Below, in pieces: positions 57,169-64,000 of a stretch of DNA of 64,000 bases (its first letter is position 1; every line of letters starts with the position of its first letter). Under the pieces are notes generated by a model. It worked only from the letters and a program-made list of their open reading frames with translations. It did not search any database and was not told the origin of the DNA. The stretch comes from Candidatus Bathyarchaeota archaeon. GTDB lineage: Archaea; Thermoproteota; Bathyarchaeia; Bathyarchaeales; Bathycorpusculaceae. The translations under genes were made by a program, and so were the position numbers. The stretch covers positions 64,001 to 128,000 of the forward strand of contig CAWFFH010000004.1 in assembly GCA_963815095.1 (NCBI GenBank). Reading direction: 5' to 3'.

Positions 57169-58464
57169 CTATCCAATGTTGGTGCTGGTGCTTAGCAATT
57201 GTACATCTGATACTTCTCCTGTGTCAGCGTAAATTCCAATTGCAACTTGATTGTAGCCCCCCGCATAGGTTTGGGTAAGGGTCATTTCAATGTACCAGTA
57301 TGGAATGAGTGCAAGTGAATTGCCTCTTGGGTGAGGAGTTAATTGAACCGACGATGGGGGGTCTATAACGCTAAAGCCAGAGGTTGGTGTGTTCCCAATG
57401 GTGTAGGTTAATGTTTTTACGTAGTTTTCGGCTGTCTCTATTGCTTGTTGTTGACTAACAGCCATGTCAGTGCTTCCGACGGTAAATAGGAAATAGCCGT
57501 CTGACATAAGGGTTAATACATTGTTTTGAAAGGTCATCTGTAATCCTTTGGCTTGATAATCGATGCCATTTTGAGTGTACATCCAAAGAAATGTATCAGT
57601 GTCCCCTGAAGCAGTAATCTGCAACTTCACGTTGCCCTGAGTTACGTTCATGTTACTTATCGTGCTAACGGTTGCTAAAAGGTTAGTCATATTGGTTAAG
57701 TATGAATCGCCAAAATATGTCCAGTACCGAGAGAGGACATATTTCGCGTTCTGCAAAACATCGTTGGGCTGAGCCTGAGTATAGATTGGAGAGCTTTCAA
57801 TCAAGTTAAGTTCATACCTTGAGAAATGATTATTTCTGTAACGCAAATATGCGTTCAGGTCGCTTATGCTACTCTTTAGCGAGTACTGTATGACTTCTTC
57901 AGCGACACCCCCAAAATCCGTTCGCCACTGCCAAGTATCACCCATTAGTGAAATTGTGTAGTTTTTCGTATCGATTTGCGTTAGATTTGTAAGAAAATTA
58001 GCTACTTTATCTGACCCTATACCCCAAGAAAGTAATTGCTGGTTTTCGGCAATAGCCGCGTTCTGAGTGCTCGAGATATTATTTATTGCGTTATTCTGAT
58101 ATACGGATAAGCTGGATAGAAGAATCACTGCTATCAGCAGTACTCCGAAAATAGTTTTCCATCTAAAAGTCATCAACCTACGTTTAGGTTCTTTTTCACG
58201 TACTTCTTCTATACCCTTCATAGCATTTATTGTGGCCACTCCAAAAGCGGAGAGTCTGTATTGCTCGTTATCCATTTTAGAAATCAGTTCGCCGAGACTT
58301 TCCAAATGATAAGTCAAATTTGGACTTGAAACCCCGAGTTCCTCAACCATCTCCATAAAACTCATGGGCTTGTTTGCAAGCATCCGAAGAATTTTACGTC
58401 TAATAGGATGTTTTAGAGAGGCAAACATTACTGAGTAGATTTCGTCTTCGTGAGAGCCAGCCAT
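57169..58464 (-). CDS. Membrane-anchored ArsR-like wHTH protein with extracellular domain
   Basis: FASLKHPIRRKILRML...LTYHLESL; one TM (IFGVLLIAVILLSSL); N/T-rich C-terminal domain. Confidence 0.8.
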   Translation of the reverse strand: MAGSHEDEIYSVMFASLKHPIRRKILRMLANKPMSFMEMVEELGVSSPNLTYHLESLGELISKMDNEQYRLSAFGVATINAMKGIEEVREKEPKRRLMTFRWKTIFGVLLIAVILLSSLSVYQNNAINNISSTQNAAIAENQQLLSWGIGSDKVANFLTNLTQIDTKNYTISLMGDTWQWRTDFGGVAEEVIQYSLKSSISDLNAYLRYRNNHFSRYELNLIESSPIYTQAQPNDVLQNAKYVLSRYWTYFGDSYLTNMTNLLATVSTISNMNVTQGNVKLQITASGDTDTFLWMYTQNGIDYQAKGLQMTFQNNVLTLMSDGYFLFTVGSTDMAVSQQQAIETAENYVKTLTYTIGNTPTSGFSVIDPPSSVQLTPHPRGNSLALIPYWYIEMTLTQTYAGGYNQVAIGIYADTGEVSDVQLLSTSTNIG

Positions 58465-59291
58465 ACCATTTTATTGTTTGGGTTGCATAAAAAATTATGC
58501 ACTTTTCGCTAGACCTGATCAATTAAAAAATGCGAGCAGTTTAGATTTCAAGTGCATAGCATAGATAAAACATTGTAGAAGCCAAAAAAGAACTAAATTA
58601 TTTCAGGAGTATGTAGGTTAACCCTTGGCGCTAAGTTTTTGGTTTCTATTTAAATCAAAGATAAATAATCCGTTCCACCGATTAACCTAATTCATGTTTT
58701 CATCGGTTATTACCACCCTGCTATATGATGTTAAGAGCTTAAACGCTCTTCGATGATAGGTTGATTCATAAACAATTTTATGCAACGATCTAAAATAGGT
58801 TGTCAAAGTGAATTTTGGCATTGTTAATCTTGTGCTATGCCTGAACGAAATAATGCTATTTTAGAAAGCGTAAATAGACGGTTACTTTGTGGGTTAGAAA
58901 AATAGGCTGATATGTTGATTGTAATTCCACACTAATGCCCAGTTACCTCCCGCACAACATCCCTTTTTCCAATAAGCTTGTTAGGAAAAAAATGATTAGA
59001 GGTCTTTTCCGGTTTTCCTATTGCACAGAGAAAAATAGAAGGAATGAAAACTTATTTTCTTGATTGCGTAACATGTTGCAGTTATTATTCTTCCATTATT
59101 TTTTCAAGATCGCCTATCTCTCGGCATTAATTTTATCCTAAGTCGGTGGAACTCAATGTCATATAGTTCCTTCTCGAGCCGTTTGAGGTCAAAGTCGGTA
59201 TCTGCCTTTAGGTTTAGAAAAATTGTTAGAAAATTACAACAGAGCTTTAATAGTTCTTCATCACAACAAGAATAGACGGTGTGTTCAACGT

Positions 59292-61073
59292 ATGAACAGG
59301 TTACGACTGGTAGCAGTAATTGTTTGCACAACTTTTATTCTTGGCTCAGTTTTGATTCCTTTAGCCAGTTCTGACTGGATAATGTTCCATTCCGATCTGT
59401 CCCGCATCGGCGTTGGGACAGGCAATCCAGTGATTACTTCCACGCTTTTCTGGAAATATACCTCTTTCTCTGATGGCAATGGTCGAGTGTATTCATCTCC
59501 TGCTGTTGTCAACGGTGTAGTCTACGTGGGAGCAGAGTACTTGAAAACAATTAATAGATATAATACCATAGATTTCGGCAGCGTTTTTGCTTTGAACGCT
59601 GCAAACGGTGAAAAACTCTGGAATTACACTATTGGAGCAGTTGGTCAATCTTCTCCTGCAGTTGTTAACGGCGTTGTCTATATAGGCTCCATCGATCGTA
59701 ACGTTTATGCTTTGAATGCAACAACCGGAAACCAACTCTGGAATTACACAACCGGCGGCGCCCTTTATTCGTCTCCTGCTGTTGCCAACGGCATCGTTTA
59801 CATTGGCTGTACTGATGGGAACGTTTATGCTTTAGATGGTGCAACTGGAATAAAACTGTGGATTTCTCCAGCAGGACCCATAAGTTCAGTTACCAATCCC
59901 TTTCCAGGAAGCATGGTGTATTCGTCTCCTGCTGTTGTCAACGGCGTGGTATACATAGGAGCAGCAACATTCACCGATGGATCAGGAACACATTATTATG
60001 GTGGTGTTTATGCTTTGAACGCTGCAAACGGAAATATGATATGGAACTATACCACTATCAGTTATATTCACTCGTCTCCTGCAGTTGTTGGGGGCGTCGT
60101 CTACATAGCCTCCATGGACGGCATTGTTTATGCTTTAAACGCTGCAACTGGAACAAAGCTATGGAGCTATCAGACAGGTAGCGGAATCGAATCTTCACCT
60201 GCCGTTGCATACGGCATAGTTTACTTAGGCGCCTATGACGGAAATGTTTATGCAGTAAACGCACACGATGGCAATCTACTCTGGAAATACGACTCTGGAG
60301 ATCCTACAAGCCAGATTTTTTGGTCATCTCCCGCTGTAGTGGATGGTGTAGTTTACATTGGTTATGGGTTTAACGCTACGCCGGAAACAAGGGATGGCAG
60401 CATTTGCGCTTTAGATGCCTATAGCGGATCAAAACTTTGGAATTACACAACTAGTGATATTCTATATTCTTCCCCCGCTGTTGACAACGGTGTGGTTTAC
60501 GTAGGCTCTATAGATGGCAATGTTTACGCTTTTGGAAGTTCTCCGGCTCCAACACCTACGTCCACTGCGTCACCAACGCCATCTCCTTCCCCACAACCAA
60601 CTTCAACTCCAACATCGACTCCTAGTCCCAACCCAACTCCAACTCCTACCCCAACCCCTTCTCCTTCTCCTTCTCCAACTTCAACTATAAACCCAACAGC
60701 CACTCCTTCACCAACAGCAAACCCAACACCTACAACAACTCCAACTTCCAACCCAACCACAACCCAAACACCAACCCCAACTCCGACACCCCCTCCAACT
60801 CCTACAATCAGCCCAAATGAAACTCCAATAACCACCTCAACTCCCATACTCAGCCCAACCCCAACATTTATGGCGACCCCCTCACCAACTCCAACAAACC
60901 CGGCGCCTACCCCGAGTCAGATTGTTACGGATACACCAACTTTAACCGAAACGGAATCTACAATTTCCCTGATGTACGTCAGCGTGGCAGTGACAGTTAT
61001 TGCAGTAGCGACAATCGGAATATTGCTTGGACTGACAATTCTTCGGAAGCGAAAAAGACTTAATGAGACGTAA
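59292..61073 (+). CDS. PQQ-like beta-propeller surface protein with Pro/Thr linker and C-terminal TM anchor
   Basis: Eight SSPAVxxGVVY...VYALxAxxGxxLW repeats; signal peptide from ATG 59292; TM followed by RKRKR. Confidence 0.9.
   Translation: MNRLRLVAVIVCTTFILGSVLIPLASSDWIMFHSDLSRIGVGTGNPVITSTLFWKYTSFSDGNGRVYSSPAVVNGVVYVGAEYLKTINRYNTIDFGSVFALNAANGEKLWNYTIGAVGQSSPAVVNGVVYIGSIDRNVYALNATTGNQLWNYTTGGALYSSPAVANGIVYIGCTDGNVYALDGATGIKLWISPAGPISSVTNPFPGSMVYSSPAVVNGVVYIGAATFTDGSGTHYYGGVYALNAANGNMIWNYTTISYIHSSPAVVGGVVYIASMDGIVYALNAATGTKLWSYQTGSGIESSPAVAYGIVYLGAYDGNVYAVNAHDGNLLWKYDSGDPTSQIFWSSPAVVDGVVYIGYGFNATPETRDGSICALDAYSGSKLWNYTTSDILYSSPAVDNGVVYVGSIDGNVYAFGSSPAPTPTSTASPTPSPSPQPTSTPTSTPSPNPTPTPTPTPSPSPSPTSTINPTATPSPTANPTPTTTPTSNPTTTQTPTPTPTPPPTPTISPNETPITTSTPILSPTPTFMATPSPTPTNPAPTPSQIVTDTPTLTETESTISLMYVSVAVTVIAVATIGILLGLTILRKRKRLNET
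60540..60915 (+). repeat. Coding Pro/Thr/Ser low-complexity linker
   Basis: (PT/PS)n encoded by CCN/ACN-rich degenerate repeats. Confidence 0.9.
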
Positions 61074-61193
61074 TGCTAATTGGTCAGTCTTTTGCCTGCA
61101 GTTTGCTACTAAAAGAAAATAACTATAATCGCAAAACGAGCATTCTCGCAGAAACACTGGCTAAATACTAAATGGAAAAGTTCTGATTAGTGT

Positions 61194-61433
61194 CTATATT
61201 ATTGACCGGATCAATCGTTGATAGATGTAAATGAAGTAAATTAGTGCGAAAACTGTGAGAACTATTTCAAATGATAATACTGTTGGGTTTGTCTCCACTG
61301 CTTTAAAGTACCCTTGGTAGAGTATGCTTGAAAAAGTTAATATTTGAAGGAATATTGCTCCGCTTATACAGCTTAAGCCTAAGCAGTGAAAGGCAATGTG
61401 GATTCTTCTGGTAAGGGTTGCATCAGTCGTCAT
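61194..61433 (-). CDS. Small two-TM membrane protein
   Basis: Two hydrophobic helices; SD-like AGGA. Confidence 0.6.
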   Translation of the reverse strand: MTTDATLTRRIHIAFHCLGLSCISGAIFLQILTFSSILYQGYFKAVETNPTVLSFEIVLTVFALIYFIYIYQRLIRSII

Positions 61434-61894
61434 TAGTGTTCCTGTGAAATTCGGTTTTTTGAGGCTTATGCTTTATGAATTTCTAATCATTATTTCAGCT
61501 AACTCAAGAATTTTTATAGAAGAATGTGTTTTAGAGGACTTCAAACTTTATGGGACTAATAATATGCTCTCGAGTATTATTTTAGTTACAAATGTTTTTT
61601 TGCCTTTGATATGTATTTGTGTTGTTCTGTAGATATATTTCATATTTTATGGCTCAACTTGTTCATCTTTTGAGATGGCAGATTTTCCAATTGTTTGGAC
61701 TGCTCATCCAATTCCTTCAGCTTCTGATTCTTGTATTTACTTTCTTCCCAAATGTTTCAGAACTTGCGTTTTTTAGAAGAGTTGACAGTCGTTCTATTTT
61801 TTTGGCTCGTTTTTCTTTCAGTAGTTTCGGTGCGGCGTGCTAAAGATAAATAGTTGTAATGCAATTTCATGTACCAACCAAGGAGAAATAAAAG

Positions 61895-62320
61895 TTGTCT
61901 GTAGCGCAAAGAAAATATTTTACTGAAGTGGCTGCCTTAGCCGACAAAAACGTAGCCATCGTGACTAACAACGGAAAAATCTTCAACGGCACACTAGTCG
62001 GTATTAACCCCGACAACCTAAATTTAGTCTTAGCGGACGTAAAAGATGAAACCGGAAAACTCCTAATTCGCTTAGTAATCAACGGTTCAGCCGTCATCTC
62101 AGTATCAAGCGCAGAAAAACCATTCGATCTCAAATCCCTCGCAAACAGACTGGAGAAGGTTTTCCCAACTCTGGTAGAACTAAATGAGCAAGCTGGCTAC
62201 ATCGTAGTTATGCGCAAAGTAAAACTAACAGAAAAAGGTGTCGTCGAAGGTTCAGGTAGCCCAGCAGCTGACCGTGTCCAAAAAGTCTATGACACCTTCA
62301 TGAGCGAACCTAAAGCTTAA
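61895..62320 (+). CDS. Lsm family RNA-binding protein (SmAP3-type with C-terminal domain)
   Basis: GKIFNGTLVGINPDNLNLVL...INGSAV Sm motifs plus an extension. Confidence 0.85.
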   Translation: MSVAQRKYFTEVAALADKNVAIVTNNGKIFNGTLVGINPDNLNLVLADVKDETGKLLIRLVINGSAVISVSSAEKPFDLKSLANRLEKVFPTLVELNEQAGYIVVMRKVKLTEKGVVEGSGSPAADRVQKVYDTFMSEPKA

Positions 62321-62327
62321 AACTGCT

Positions 62328-63077
62328 TTAAATAAACCAGCGCAGTTGCTGCTCCTCTTTCTTCTTTTCTTCTGTTATACTCCGAATTACTCCAAATGAC
62401 TCTAACATGTTTTTGATTTCGTCACCGCTTACTTCCAGCCCTGACAAATCAACATCCAAATACAAGTATTTTCCCAATGTTAACAGTGCGTACCGTGCAG
62501 CATTCACATCTGGGTTCATTCCAGGTGTATCAACCAGAAGAGAGAAACCTTTCATGTCTCGAATCCCCGCCAGCCCAATCGATAACCCTGCTATCCCAAA
62601 TACATGTCCAACCATAACTTTTGTGCCTAAATCAAGCGCCTGTTGCATCGTTTCTAAATCCGTTGCTGTGCTATAAATGCCCGGCACTGCTTGCACTTCG
62701 TCTTTTTTGAAGCCGCCTATGGAAATTACGAATCGGCAGCCAAACTCTTGCGCTATATCTAGTACTTTTCCAACTAACTCGTATTGCCCAACTGTGGTTA
62801 ATGCCTGAGTGTTTCCATACCAAATGATGAGGTCGCGTTCGCCGTCCCGCTTTGCATAGTAGAGTTCGTTTATGGGTGTTCGGGCTCCGCCATCACCAGT
62901 GGTTATAGCAAAATCCTGGAATGATGAAGAAAATATCTGGGCAAACCGCGTCGCTTTGAGTTCTTTAATCAAATGTAGAGCTGCGATGTTAGCTACGTAT
63001 CCGATTCCTGGTAATCCTTCGATTAGGATGGGGTCGTTTAAGGTTGGTTTTTCGCTTATGTCAATTGAACAAACCAT
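62328..63077 (-). CDS. PAC2-family proteasome assembly chaperone
   Basis: LIEGLPGIGYVA and ISIGG motifs. Confidence 0.88.
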   Translation of the reverse strand: MVCSIDISEKPTLNDPILIEGLPGIGYVANIAALHLIKELKATRFAQIFSSSFQDFAITTGDGGARTPINELYYAKRDGERDLIIWYGNTQALTTVGQYELVGKVLDIAQEFGCRFVISIGGFKKDEVQAVPGIYSTATDLETMQQALDLGTKVMVGHVFGIAGLSIGLAGIRDMKGFSLLVDTPGMNPDVNAARYALLTLGKYLYLDVDLSGLEVSGDEIKNMLESFGVIRSITEEKKKEEQQLRWFI

Positions 63078-63183
63078 GACTTTGCACTTCAGTGGAGTAT
63101 TTAGAGAAACATAGCGATATAAGGTTGCCTAACAAACGCTATGTTTTTTATAACCGAGCAGCGTTTCTTGTTTAGGTTTCACC

Positions 63184-64000
63184 TTGAGCTTTGAAATTAA
63201 AGAAAAAGATTTGCTGGCCAGAATAGGTAAACTAAAAACTAAAAGCGGCACAATAGAAACACCGCTTTTATTCCCAGTTATTAATCCCAGCATCCAACCT
63301 ATCCCGCCGCAAAAACTCAAGGATACCTTCGGGTTCCAAGCAGTTATAACAAACTCTTACATCATCAAAAAACGGTACGACAACAAGCCCATAGAACTTG
63401 GCTTACACAAGTTTCTGGATTATGACGGTGCCATCATGACCGATTCAGGCGCCTACCAAATTCTGGTCTACGGGGACATTGATGTTTCCCAAAAAGAAAT
63501 CGTGGCTTACCAAGAGGGCATCGGAAGTGACATCGCTACCATTCTTGACATTCCTACAGGCTGGAAAGTAACCAAAGAACAAGCGGAAGTCACGGTGGCA
63601 GAGACCCTTCGGCGAGCCAAGGCCTTTTTCGAGGAAAAAACTCGTGACGACATCTTGTGGGTTGGTCCTGTGCAGGGTGGAAAACACCTTGATTTGGTGG
63701 CTAATTCGGCGGTTGAAATGGGAAAGTTGCCCTTCCAAATTCACGCGTTGGGTAGTCCAACCGAAGTTATGGAAAGCTACCGCTACGACGTATTAGCTGA
63801 TATGATATTAACTTGCAAAAAGGGAATCCCAATTGAGCGTCCGTTGCACCTTTTTGGCGCTGGACACCCCTCCATGTTCGCGTTGGCAGTTGCATTGGGT
63901 TGTGACCTCTTCGACTCAGCAGCTTATGCACTGTATGCTCGGGAAAATCGTTACATGACCGCGGAAGGCACATGGCGCTTAAATGAAATGGATTATTTTC
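63184..64000 (+). CDS. tgtA: Archaeosine tRNA-guanine(15) transglycosylase, partial
   Basis: Manual translation: MSFEIKEKDLLARIGKLKT...ETPLLFPVINP...IMTDSGAYQ...PVQGG...HLFGAGHP...GCDLFDSAAY; runs off the window. Confidence 0.95.
   Translation, partial: MSFEIKEKDLLARIGKLKTKSGTIETPLLFPVINPSIQPIPPQKLKDTFGFQAVITNSYIIKKRYDNKPIELGLHKFLDYDGAIMTDSGAYQILVYGDIDVSQKEIVAYQEGIGSDIATILDIPTGWKVTKEQAEVTVAETLRRAKAFFEEKTRDDILWVGPVQGGKHLDLVANSAVEMGKLPFQIHALGSPTEVMESYRYDVLADMILTCKKGIPIERPLHLFGAGHPSMFALAVALGCDLFDSAAYALYARENRYMTAEGTWRLNEMDYF

Noticed and set aside
59104-59331. Minus-strand 75-aa ORF
   Set aside because: Overlaps the propeller gene start; no family signal
59490-60530. Regularly spaced near-identical DNA repeats (TCTCCTGCTGTTG...) resembling a CRISPR array
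   Set aside because: They are in-frame beta-propeller blades with synonymous variation; no cas genes
60524-60847. Val/Gly-rich minus-strand ORF
   Set aside because: Antisense shadow of the Pro/Thr linker
61643-61840. Lys-rich open frame on the minus strand
   Set aside because: No canonical start near its 5' end, no SD and no motif; cannot be supported
1-64000. tRNA, rRNA and tyrosine-integrase att sites
   Set aside because: No cloverleaf or rRNA-like segment and no integrase gene recognised by eye; tRNAscan-SE and Infernal would be needed to exclude small RNAs

Overview
Archaeal chromosomal window. Bathyarchaeia is the likely source, inferred from gene content (archaeal CCA enzyme, EndA, tgtA, SmAP3-type Lsm, PAC2, short-type purA, class II HMG-CoA reductase, membrane-anchored wHTH proteins). 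Housekeeping blocks are interrupted by two accessory regions. (1) A 4.37-kb IS6-family transposon carrying passenger genes (2281-6654), with perfect 23-bp TIRs, an 8-bp target duplication and symmetric internal end repeats, sits between a NiCoT nickel transporter and nikR. (2) An island at about 17.3-25.5 kb holds an HTH regulator followed by membrane proteins that share an N-terminal IRGWxPxEP motif, a complete IS110/IS1111-type element whose bridge RNA guides can be read against its own flanks and ends, and a decaying arsenic cluster (arsC, arsR, arsM, acr3 remnant). A type IV pilus-like locus (41.4-53.0 kb) includes three pilin-like proteins with no cleavable leader and a prepilin peptidase that appears to start at ATT. 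Several small genes missing from the ORF track were found, including a divergent pair of RHH-like paralogues and two zinc-finger microproteins. Several single-base frameshifts may be real decay or assembly error. No tRNA, rRNA or CRISPR array was seen. All family calls come from motif recognition, not database searches.
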